Position numbers and translations under genes: made by a program. Below the pieces are notes generated by a model. The model searched no databases and was not told the DNA's origin. It was given only the letters and a program-made list of their open reading frames with translations. From a virus (taxonomy: Duplodnaviria > Caudoviricetes), in the IMG/VR virus record IMGVR_UViG_3300005611_001848, positions 1 to 36,392 of that record: DNA of 36,392 bases; one strand, 5' to 3'. Positions 16,863 through 24,742 of the stretch are shown here, in pieces. The number at the start of each line of letters is the position of its first letter. Position 1 is the first letter of the stretch.

Positions 16863-18905
16863 TTAGAATTTGAAGTTGAATTGGAAGATTTGTCCACCGG
16901 CATCAGCACCTTGTTCGGCAACTGCACCACCAGACTCACCTCTTGCTTGGACAACACCAATGAAGAGTTGATCCTTAGTATCGATACCCTGAATGATTTT
17001 CTGTTCACCAGTTCCAGCAATTTCATCTGCTGAATAGAATCCAAACATACCGAATGGACCCTTCTTAGCAGTCAGAGCAGTTACGTTCCAAGAACCGGAG
17101 AACTCAGAAGTTGTTGCTTTGGAGAATGCACCACCAAGAGCAGATGCACCTGCTTGATAACGGGAAGAGTGCTTACCACCAGCAAGACCTAACAGGTAAC
17201 CAGTGTTTGCTTCACTCAGAGTCATATCAGACTCATTGATTGGGAGCACATACTTACGCTCACCAAAATCATTACCTGAATCTTCATCAACAATCAGGAA
17301 AGAACCATCCTTGTGCTTAGTCCAGTACAGTCCATCAGGAGCAACCATTGCTGCCTTGTTCTTCTCGACATGAATTGCGGCAGAACCACCCTTCACGGCA
17401 CCTTCACCACCAGTCTTCAGAGTAAGAGCACCATCAACGGCAGCAACAACACGAATACCAGAAGCAGGCAGGAACTCAGGAAGATCACCATTAGCAGCAT
17501 CCAGAGCAGCACCAATGTTACCAAAATCAAAACCAAGAATACCACCCTTGTTGGTCATGTTCTGAACATAACGGGTGCGGGTGATATCAGGATCAACTGC
17601 AGGGTGCTCAGCTTTAGAGTCACCATTGAAGAAAGTATATCCTTCTGGTTGCTCACCTGCCTGTTCCCACAACATCATCTCAGTATCTTTGACTGCGACT
17701 GGATTGTCCCAACCACTCCACTGATAGGAGGTAGGATAGAAACGACCTTCAAATGTATTAGGTGCATCGGCATTCTGCAGATATTCATCCATCATCTTAG
17801 CAGCAGGGTTTGCTTCCAGACCCAGTGCAGCATAAGATTCGGTAGGCATCGCAAATCCATAAATGCGACCATAAAGCATACCATTGCGAGCAAGGAATGC
17901 ATCACGATCATTAGCAGTAGAGTAGTCAATCTCAGAACCATCAGCAAGACGATCCTTCATACCAACATAAACCTTCAGAGGAGAAGGTTCCTGATTGTGG
18001 TTATATCCAGCACCAACAATAACAACATAATCTTCATGTTGTGGGTTGATTGGCATCAGTTTCTCATAACCAGTCTGACCCAGAGCAGGTGCAGTATATG
18101 CAACTTGGTTCTTGACATCAACAACTACGGATGCAAGACCCATAGTCTTAGCAGATTCCTTACCACCAGTCTTCTTAGAACCAGTGAACATACGTCCGAT
18201 TTCCCACTCTTCAGCAGTCAACCATACATCATCGGCAAGTCCAATACCATCACCATACTTGTTTGCTTGCTCATACCATGCACCACAGAAGGATTGCAGG
18301 AAGAAGTCAGCTTCAGACAGTTGGTACTTGGGAAGGAAAGGTACAATTGTTTGATCGGGAAGTGCTTGGTTACCCCAGACTCCACCCTTTACAACTTCAT
18401 CTCCAAATACATTGTAAATACGGTTGAAGAGTTTACCAGAACCCTTGACCATTCCTTCTGCAGACTCACCAGTATTCAGGAAATTAGCAAACTTGGCACG
18501 ATCATAATCAATCGTGTGAACGTGAGAACCAGAGAAGGTTACACCATTTTCCATAACCCAATTGTAGGTCTCAGGAACAGGTGCCTTACCCATAGTGGCA
18601 TAAGATTCGGACTGATAGATAACACGAATGGTATCGTTATCAAGCAAATATGCTGCCTGACCATCAGGATATCCAGTCAGTGCAAGTCCATTATCACCAA
18701 CTTCACCAACAGTAGCAATTGCTTTAAAATTTGCGTATGGGAAGTTAACGTTTCCGTTACCACCATCTACGACTTTTTCTGTAGCAAGACCTGCTTCAGG
18801 AATCAAAGCAGTAGTCTCACCAATACGAATTGTTTCTGCGATAGATGCTGCAGGTGCTACAAATAAAGTGCCCGCAATCATAGCAGAGAAAAGTTTTCTA
18901 TTCAT
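16863..18905 (-). CDS. phoA: Picocyanobacterial-type atypical alkaline phosphatase (PhoA-like)
   Basis: Signal peptide; ATVGE..LTGYPDG, SFCG, PDGL..EDSG and EFSG motifs (PhoX-like propeller elements); immediately after pstS. Confidence 0.7.
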   Translation of the reverse strand: MNRKLFSAMIAGTLFVAPAASIAETIRIGETTALIPEAGLATEKVVDGGNGNVNFPYANFKAIATVGEVGDNGLALTGYPDGQAAYLLDNDTIRVIYQSESYATMGKAPVPETYNWVMENGVTFSGSHVHTIDYDRAKFANFLNTGESAEGMVKGSGKLFNRIYNVFGDEVVKGGVWGNQALPDQTIVPFLPKYQLSEADFFLQSFCGAWYEQANKYGDGIGLADDVWLTAEEWEIGRMFTGSKKTGGKESAKTMGLASVVVDVKNQVAYTAPALGQTGYEKLMPINPQHEDYVVIVGAGYNHNQEPSPLKVYVGMKDRLADGSEIDYSTANDRDAFLARNGMLYGRIYGFAMPTESYAALGLEANPAAKMMDEYLQNADAPNTFEGRFYPTSYQWSGWDNPVAVKDTEMMLWEQAGEQPEGYTFFNGDSKAEHPAVDPDITRTRYVQNMTNKGGILGFDFGNIGAALDAANGDLPEFLPASGIRVVAAVDGALTLKTGGEGAVKGGSAAIHVEKNKAAMVAPDGLYWTKHKDGSFLIVDEDSGNDFGERKYVLPINESDMTLSEANTGYLLGLAGGKHSSRYQAGASALGGAFSKATTSEFSGSWNVTALTAKKGPFGMFGFYSADEIAGTGEQKIIQGIDTKDQLFIGVVQARGESGGAVAEQGADAGGQIFQFNFKF

Positions 18906-18928
18906 TTCTTTATACGGAGTAGAGGAAC

Positions 18929-18956
18929 AAAAAAAATCCCTCCCCGAAGGGAGGGA
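18929..18956 (-). terminator. Intrinsic terminator after pstS
   Basis: TCCCTCCC-TTCG-GGGAGGGA plus T8. Confidence 0.9.
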
Positions 18957-18972
18957 GAATAATAATCAAATA

Positions 18973-19935
18973 TCAAAGAGAGTCAACAGCAGAAAGAGAC
19001 TTCTGTCGAAGAGACTCGGGGAGAGGTACATATCCCAGAGAATCTGAAGCTCCTTGTGCTTCTTCACTCAGCATGTAACGAAGAGCAGACTTAACCGCAT
19101 CAGTTTTATGACCAGGTTCGGCAAGGATCCAAGTCAAAGAAACGATGGGGAATGCATTAGCACCAGCAGGGTTAGCATCAGTTCCACGCAGTTTGCTATC
19201 CAGTTGAATCTGTGCCAGACCAGCAGCAGAGGTCTCACCATTTGCCTTCACATAGTTACCGGCACGATTTTGAATGGCAGCCTGTTGAAACTTATCACCA
19301 ACAACATAACCATAGTTCAGGTATCCAATAGCACCTTCGGTGTTCTTGATGATACCGGCAACACCAGAGTTGCCTTTACCGGCAACTGTTCCAGCAGCAG
19401 GCCACTGAACTGCCTTACCACGTCCTACTTTGTATGCCCAGTAAGGGGAGAAAGCAGAGAGTGAATTAGTAAAACCAGCTGTCGTGCCCGAACCATCAGA
19501 GCGAACAGCAACAGTGATAGGACCTGCAGCACAACCGAGCTGCGACCAGTTATCAATACGTCCATAGAAGACCTTTGTAAGTTCAATCTGGGACAGTTTG
19601 AGATCGCAACCAGGCTTGTTATATGCAACTGCAATTGCACCACCAGTCATAGGGATTTGTACCATAGAACGGGAGATACCAGCAAGTTTGCTATCAGAAA
19701 CTGCTTTATCGGATGCACCAAAGTCAGTAGTACCTGCCTTGTACTGACGAACACCGGCACCAGATCCTACTGCTTGGTAGTTTACTTGATTGCCAGTTTT
19801 GGTTGCGTAGTCTTGAAACCACTTTTGATAGATTGGAGCAGGAAATGATGCACCGGCACCATTCAGTCTTTCACCTGCTTCAACAGCAGGAGCAGCAATG
19901 GCAAGAATGCCAAGAGTAAGAGCAGCAATTTTCAT
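18973..19935 (-). CDS. pstS: Phosphate ABC transporter periplasmic binding protein
   Basis: GAGASFP, YQAVGSGAG, DFGASD, RSDGSGTT and GKGNSGVA motifs. Confidence 0.97.
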   Translation of the reverse strand: MKIAALTLGILAIAAPAVEAGERLNGAGASFPAPIYQKWFQDYATKTGNQVNYQAVGSGAGVRQYKAGTTDFGASDKAVSDSKLAGISRSMVQIPMTGGAIAVAYNKPGCDLKLSQIELTKVFYGRIDNWSQLGCAAGPITVAVRSDGSGTTAGFTNSLSAFSPYWAYKVGRGKAVQWPAAGTVAGKGNSGVAGIIKNTEGAIGYLNYGYVVGDKFQQAAIQNRAGNYVKANGETSAAGLAQIQLDSKLRGTDANPAGANAFPIVSLTWILAEPGHKTDAVKSALRYMLSEEAQGASDSLGYVPLPESLRQKSLSAVDSL

Positions 19936-19971
19936 TTGTATTTTTTAGTATATTGTTTACTTTTTCCTAGA

Positions 19972-20337
19972 TCAGAATTCGTAAGAGACGGATGCCTCAT
20001 ACTTCCAATCCATTTCATCATCGACGAAGACGTATTCTGCCTTAACTTTTGCACCGAGGGCATCAGTCATTTTGATCTTGGTTCCAATTTCCAGAGCAGT
20101 GGAAGTTTCGGTGTCCTCACCATCAGGAGTTTCCCAGTTAGGACCAACTTCGATGTAAGGCTTCAGGTTACCAACCTTAGTCTCATATCCTACACGCATT
20201 TCGAGAGCAGACTTATCGAGATCTTCATCAGTTCCTTTGATGACAGCCTTGCCGCCGACATAAGGACCAGCAAAAGCAGGTGCTGCGGTAGCAAATCCCA
20301 GGAGTGCTAATGCGGAGAGAGCGAATGCTTGTTTCAT
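19972..20337 (-). CDS. Small outer-membrane beta-barrel-like protein (pstS-linked, PhCOG173-like)
   Basis: Signal peptide AFA|GPYV, alternating amphipathic strands, C-terminal YEF. Confidence 0.7.
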   Translation of the reverse strand: MKQAFALSALALLGFATAAPAFAGPYVGGKAVIKGTDEDLDKSALEMRVGYETKVGNLKPYIEVGPNWETPDGEDTETSTALEIGTKIKMTDALGAKVKAEYVFVDDEMDWKYEASVSYEF

Positions 20338-20387
20338 TTCTATACCTCTAGTAATTTTTATTTTGAGTGTCCTCTAAAGACTTTTAC

Positions 20388-20474
20388 ATTATACGACAAG
20401 TGTAAATTTTTGTCGTTAAAACAAAGTTAAAGAACAAACCTCAATATTTAATAGAGGTTAATCTTAATTTAACC
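20388..20474 (-). promoter_or_regulatory. Pho-box promoter
   Basis: TTAA-core repeats GTTAAATT/ATTAACCT (11-nt spacing) and TTTAACTT/TTTAACGA (11-nt spacing), upstream of TATAAT (20388-20393) with a poor -35. Confidence 0.7.
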
Positions 20475-20476
20475 AT

Positions 20477-20504
20477 AAAAAAAGGACTCTCGTTAGAGAG
20501 TCCT
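20477..20504 (-). terminator. Intrinsic terminator
   Basis: AGGACTCTC-taac-GAGAGTCCT plus a T-tract. Confidence 0.88.
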
Positions 20505-20526
20505 AAAAAATCTAAAAATAAAGGTA

Positions 20527-20895
20527 TCAGAAGTTATACTTCATACCCAGTTTACCACCAACACCAAAGTCATCATCATCTTCGGCAGTCAGGAAGGAAA
20601 CCTCTCCATAGACTCCAAGAGCATCGGTCACAGGAAGACCGATTCCTGCTTTACCAGAGAATTCAGTTTCAGTGTCAGCACCGTCCACAGCGATGATCGC
20701 TGGACCAGCCTGGACATAATACCCAGCAGCACCAATACTTCCTTCATATCCTACGTGAACGTCTGTCGTTGCCCCGGTGTAATCGTTGTCTCCCGTCCAT
20801 CCCGCATTTGTTTCTACATTTACGTAGGGACCTGCAAGGGCAGCACCAGCGGACATGGACAGAGCAGCAGTTGCTGCGAATACAGATTTGATCAT
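20527..20895 (-). CDS. Small outer-membrane beta-barrel-like protein (paralogue of 19972-20337)
   Basis: Signal peptide ALA|GPYV, shared VGYE and GP motifs, C-terminal YNF. Confidence 0.75.
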   Translation of the reverse strand: MIKSVFAATAALSMSAGAALAGPYVNVETNAGWTGDNDYTGATTDVHVGYEGSIGAAGYYVQAGPAIIAVDGADTETEFSGKAGIGLPVTDALGVYGEVSFLTAEDDDDFGVGGKLGMKYNF

Positions 20896-21001
20896 TGTTT
20901 GTACCTCTTAATTTTTACTTGTGGAATGATTACCCACAGATGTGAGAAGACTCGACATGTCTTCGTTTGTTACCTTTTGTTACGACAAAACAAAGGTATA
21001 G

Positions 21002-21009
21002 TATTTATA
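21002..21009 (-). promoter_or_regulatory. T4-type late promoter
   Basis: Exact TATAAATA ~105 nt upstream of the ATG at 20895. Confidence 0.65.
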
Positions 21010-21042
21010 CTCATAAGAGTATCGGACATTTCGGTTATCCGA

Positions 21043-21113
21043 AGCGAATGACGGGGATCGAACCCGTGACAAGAGCTTGGAAGGCTCGCATGTTACCGCT
21101 ACACCACATTCGC
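21043..21113 (-). tRNA. tRNA-Gly(UCC)
   Basis: GCGAATG/CATTCGC acceptor stem, CTTCCAA loop, GGTTCGATCCC, U discriminator. Confidence 0.96.
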
Positions 21114-21128
21114 AAGAAAGGCATATGC

Positions 21129-21773
21129 CTATTGTACAACAGACTGCCAGTCTTTGTCAAAGATTTCCAATCCTTTATCTGTAAGAATATGATTGTGCAT
21201 ATCTTCAAATACTTTGGGTGGCATGGTTACCACTTGTGCTCCATTATACCATGATCTTACTGCTCTCTGAACACTTCGGATAGAAGCAGAAAGAACCTGA
21301 GTCGGACATCCATGAATACGATACAGTTCAGAAATAGAACGAACTACCTCAAGTCCTGCCACAGATTGATCATCAAGTCGTCCCACAAAAGGAGACACAT
21401 AATAAGCACCGGCACGAGCAGCAAGCACTGCCTGTGCGGCAGAGAAGATAAGAGTTACATTAACTCTGATATTTTGATAAGATAGTTCTCGACAAGCAGC
21501 AAGACCATCTTTGGTCATTGGAACTTTGACAGTTGTACAGAAACCAAACTTTTCCTGAAGTCTGAGTCCTTCTTTAATCATTTCATCAGCAGTACCAACA
21601 ACTTCCATACTCAGATCATTAACTCCAAGATCTTTCAGTTCTTGATATACATCATCAGGGTTTCTACCACTCTTCATAATCAGAGTAGGATTGGTGGTAA
21701 TACCATCAATCAGTCCGGTATCAAAATGTTTTTTAATTATTTCAGTATCAGCAGTATCCAGAAAAATTTTCAT
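21129..21773 (-). CDS. talC: Transaldolase, phage TalC type
   Basis: IFLDTAD, GITTNPTL, VKVP (Schiff-base Lys), SPFVGRLDD and ASIR motifs; 214 aa. Confidence 0.97.
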   Translation of the reverse strand: MKIFLDTADTEIIKKHFDTGLIDGITTNPTLIMKSGRNPDDVYQELKDLGVNDLSMEVVGTADEMIKEGLRLQEKFGFCTTVKVPMTKDGLAACRELSYQNIRVNVTLIFSAAQAVLAARAGAYYVSPFVGRLDDQSVAGLEVVRSISELYRIHGCPTQVLSASIRSVQRAVRSWYNGAQVVTMPPKVFEDMHNHILTDKGLEIFDKDWQSVVQ

Positions 21774-21791
21774 TTTAACAAAAATAGTATG

Positions 21792-21987
21792 TGTGTGGGT
21801 AGGAGGATTCTACTATACCTCCACTGAGTGGGATACACTGGTAGTGTAATTAGGTCACTCAGACTTTCGGACGCCTTAGTATCAGCTTCTGTGTTTCCAC
21901 AGCGGGCACCACCCCTGTCCTACTATACATTACGCCGTGCCTCCACAAGCGTTGTTCAGTCATACCCTATGGGAACCCGTCGATCCC
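21792..21987 (-). ncRNA. ~195-nt structured RNA resembling the manA motif
   Basis: GC-rich non-coding segment with helices (CUGUG-gaaa-CACAG, CUGAGUG/CACUCAG, UACACU/AGUGUA, GGAGG/UCCUCC); lies between a tRNA and talC, the context described for manA RNAs. Confidence 0.6.
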
Positions 21988-21990
21988 CAA

Positions 21991-22064
21991 CGACTCAGGT
22001 AGGATTTGAACCTACGACCGACTGCTTAGAAGGCAGTTGCTCTATCCAGCTGAGCTACTGAGTC
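21991..22064 (-). tRNA. tRNA-Arg(UCU)
   Basis: GACTCAG/CTGAGTC acceptor stem, CTTCTAA loop, GGTTCAAATCC. Confidence 0.96.
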
Positions 22065-22124
22065 CTGTGAGAGGCGGGAACAGTCTGTCGTTCCTCTTAC
22101 CAGTGTCTGCCTCTCAACTCAGTT

Positions 22125-22153
22125 ATTATAGGGCATCCCGGTCAGGGAGTCAA
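22125..22153 (-). promoter_or_regulatory. Sigma70-type promoter for the tRNA-Arg/talC unit
   Basis: TTGACT-N17-TATAAT. Confidence 0.8.
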
Positions 22154-22395
22154 GCCTTTTTCTTGGATGTAGGCAGTTCTTCTTCGACTACTTCTGTCTC
22201 TGCTACTTCTGCTTCTTCCTGAGGTTCTGGTTCTGGAAGTGTAACACCCGTTTGTTGAAGATATTCAATAGCACCTTGAACCTTAAGGAAAAGTTCTCTT
22301 CTTCCTGCTGCAGCATTTTGAAGTTTTCCAAGTTCTTCATTCAGTGTATCTCTTTGCTCTAAAAGATTTGCAAGATGTTGTTGCTGTTCAGTCAT
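22150..22395 (-). CDS. Acidic coiled-coil hypothetical protein
   Basis: ORF track; ATG at 22395. Confidence 0.75.
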   Translation of the reverse strand: MTEQQQHLANLLEQRDTLNEELGKLQNAAAGRRELFLKVQGAIEYLQQTGVTLPEPEPQEEAEVAETEVVEEELPTSKKKA

Positions 22396-22451
22396 TATCA
22401 ACTCAAATTATGTGTGATTTCCTATTATATAGACATGTAAATCATATAGGA

Positions 22452-22458
22452 CTAAATA
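22452..22458 (+). promoter_or_regulatory. Late-promoter-like site for the plus-strand operon
   Basis: CTAAATA, a variant of the T4-like late consensus, ~30 nt before the ATG at 22487. Confidence 0.5.
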
Positions 22459-22486
22459 ATTTCACATCGGTTTTCCTCATATACCA

Positions 22487-22981
22487 ATGAAAAAAGTATT
22501 ATTTGCTTTAGGTATGATTTTGATGACATCACCCGTTTATGCAGGTGGACTTGTTAGTAAGCACGCTACTAGTGTTCAATTGACAGTAGATGCTGCCAGA
22601 ACAACTGCTTCAAGAATTGGTTCTTCGTTCACCATTTCTGGTTCAAATATTGATACTACAGATGGAACAACTGCAGGAACAGTTTCTGCCGGTACTATTT
22701 CAAGTGGAATTTATAATCCCGGTACAATTGCTGCAACTCAAGATACTGCAGGTGCAGCATTTTCCTTCTCTCAATCATATACTGAAGGTGATGCAGTTCC
22801 AACCTCAGCACCAACCGTAGGAACTGTAGGAAATCTTTCTACTCAAACTTCTTATGCTGCCGGAGACAATACTAATCTGGCAGGTACTGTAACTTCGGCA
22901 GGTGTCCTTACGGTGACTGCCGGTGGAGCAGGATCTAGTGCCATAGGACAATTTGTAAGTGAAATCACTGTAATCGACTGA
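22487..22981 (+). CDS. Exported Thr/Ser/Gly-rich beta protein of unknown function
   Basis: Signal peptide ending VYA; low-charge beta-strand composition. Confidence 0.85.
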   Translation: MKKVLFALGMILMTSPVYAGGLVSKHATSVQLTVDAARTTASRIGSSFTISGSNIDTTDGTTAGTVSAGTISSGIYNPGTIAATQDTAGAAFSFSQSYTEGDAVPTSAPTVGTVGNLSTQTSYAAGDNTNLAGTVTSAGVLTVTAGGAGSSAIGQFVSEITVID

Positions 22982-22993
22982 GGTTAAATAAAA

Positions 22994-23437
22994 ATGACTA
23001 AATTACAAGAGGCAATCGGTCTTGGGTTGGTTCTTGGTATAATTCATGGAATAATACAACCCGTATATAGTGTGCCAGTTGTGCCAAACTTTCAGCAAGG
23101 CTCAATGACTAGTCATACAGAAACAACAAGTAAAGTTGTTGAAACCATAAACTCTATGGATTATAATACTGGTTATCAGTATTCAGCAACTGGATCTGGC
23201 ATAACAGCAAGTGGAAATTTATCCCCCGAAACTGGAGAACAAAATATAACTATTGATGGAGTGACATCGACATGGACAGGAATAACGAACAAACCACAAT
23301 TCACACAAACAAATCCAGGACAAGCATTTCAATTCACAGAAACTTATTCTGGTCCTGGTTTACAAAATCACACGATTATTCAAAGGGTGACGGAAGTTAC
23401 AAGTATCACTGACACGACCTCAATTTTTAGTCAGTGA
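22994..23437 (+). CDS. Exported Thr/Gln-rich beta protein of unknown function
   Basis: GAGG RBS; signal peptide; AFQFTETY resembles AFSFSQSY of the preceding gene. Confidence 0.85.
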   Translation: MTKLQEAIGLGLVLGIIHGIIQPVYSVPVVPNFQQGSMTSHTETTSKVVETINSMDYNTGYQYSATGSGITASGNLSPETGEQNITIDGVTSTWTGITNKPQFTQTNPGQAFQFTETYSGPGLQNHTIIQRVTEVTSITDTTSIFSQ

Positions 23438-23953
23438 TTTCAGTGCCTCATAGAGCATTCCAATTTCCTCCATGGTGGCATTATTTTTTATACGATTAGC
23501 ACGGGCAGATATAATCCAAACATTATCTTTGGTATATCCTTTGGTGCTATCAATCCTATCAACAGAGGGAGAACAATCCTGATGACTATGACTTCCTGGT
23601 TGTAATTTTATTCCAAGCACAGGGCAGTATTCTGGAATAACAATATCTTTTAGTTCCAAACTACATTCTTCACCTCTTCTTCTGGCATTACGACGAGCAT
23701 AATTTAGCAGTCGTGTTTCATTCTTTTTAGTAGGATTTGCTCTGGGATGTGTGTAACCTGATGCCTTCCTACACCCACAACTTACTACTGGTTTCCTACC
23801 TCTAAATATATTAGAACTAATAAGTTTTTCGTTATTACACTCGGAACACTTACACCAGTAAGTTCCTCTCTTATTTTTCTTGGTTGCCTCTTCATCCTTA
23901 CGAAGAACAAGAAGAGCACCAAATGTTTGTCCCGACAAATCTACTACTTTCAT
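23420..23953 (-). mobile_element. Free-standing HNH-type homing endonuclease gene
   Basis: N-terminal DLSGQTFG.L...WCKC.C...SCGC; C-terminal CPVLG...SVDRIDSTKGYTKDNVWIIS..AN..K; antisense insertion in an operon with its own late promoter. Confidence 0.85.
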
Positions 23954-23968
23954 TATTGTGATAACATC

Positions 23969-24742
23969 ATGTCTTTACTAAAACTATTTATACACAATAG
24001 ATATTCTAAATCACTTCTCGCAGTAACAATATTATTCGCTAATCCTTCTTATGCTGAAACTGTAGGGGGTGTAAGTGCAACCGCAGCACCCGTAGCTAAT
24101 AGTTCAGGCTCAGTCACAAACCAAGCTATTCAGGTATTACAAGGTCCTTACATAACGAATACTTATGGAAATGGTATTCAATGTCAAGGAGAAACTGTTA
24201 ATTTCACACCATACCTAACAGGAACAGCATCCGCACAAAAACCATTTGAAGGAAGATACTGGGATAATGTTTATGATATGAGAGATTTAGATGAAGATGG
24301 AGCACCAGATAATCCTGGCAGTGTATTATATCAAGTTCCTATTAGAACCGGACAAAAAGATAGTTATAACTTATCATTAGGTTTCTCTGCTACATGGAGT
24401 ATTCCTCAGGATAAAAAATTACAACAACAATGTAAAGAGGCAGCAGCCGCTAGTATTGCATTAATGCAGCAACAATCTGCCAATAAAAGATTAGACTTTG
24501 AGATCGCCAGACTTAAGAACTGTGGTCAGTTAATAAAGGACGGAATAAATTTTCATCCCAAAAGTCCTTACTATAAAATTTGTGCGGATGTTGTCGTAAA
24601 AGATAAAACTTATATCACTCCACATTATCATACTATCCCTTCGGTTTCAAAGCAGAACGAAGTTGACGTATCGCACGATTCCGATCACGCTGCTCTACTC
24701 GGCGGTCCGATAAACTCAAAACCGGCAATTTCTTCCCCCTAA
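23969..24742 (+). CDS. Exported Cys-containing protein of unknown function
   Basis: Signal peptide ending SYA|ETVGG; DLDEDGAPD Ca-loop-like motif; four Cys; start uncertain (ATG 23969 preferred over TTG 23927). Confidence 0.8.
   Translation: MSLLKLFIHNRYSKSLLAVTILFANPSYAETVGGVSATAAPVANSSGSVTNQAIQVLQGPYITNTYGNGIQCQGETVNFTPYLTGTASAQKPFEGRYWDNVYDMRDLDEDGAPDNPGSVLYQVPIRTGQKDSYNLSLGFSATWSIPQDKKLQQQCKEAAAASIALMQQQSANKRLDFEIARLKNCGQLIKDGINFHPKSPYYKICADVVVKDKTYITPHYHTIPSVSKQNEVDVSHDSDHAALLGGPINSKPAISSP
23985..23992 (-). promoter_or_regulatory. T4-type late promoter of the HNH gene
   Basis: Exact TATAAATA ~30 nt upstream of the ATG at 23953. Confidence 0.75.

Noticed and set aside
15706-18866. Long plus-strand ORFs (371 and 517 aa) opposite the phosphatase genes
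   Set aside because: They are antisense shadows of strongly codon-biased genes, with no recognisable motifs, promoter or RBS. The same applies to 19054-19464, 19936-20310 and 33072-33632.
21828-22222. Plus-strand ORFs 21828-22061 and 22037-22222 (also 20967-21254)
   Set aside because: They are antisense to tRNAs and structured RNA; GC-rich RNA genes yield chance ORFs.
23420-23990. Group I intron carrying the HNH gene
   Set aside because: The ORF is antisense and fills nearly the whole insert, leaving no room for P/Q/R/S core elements; both flanking genes are complete without splicing.
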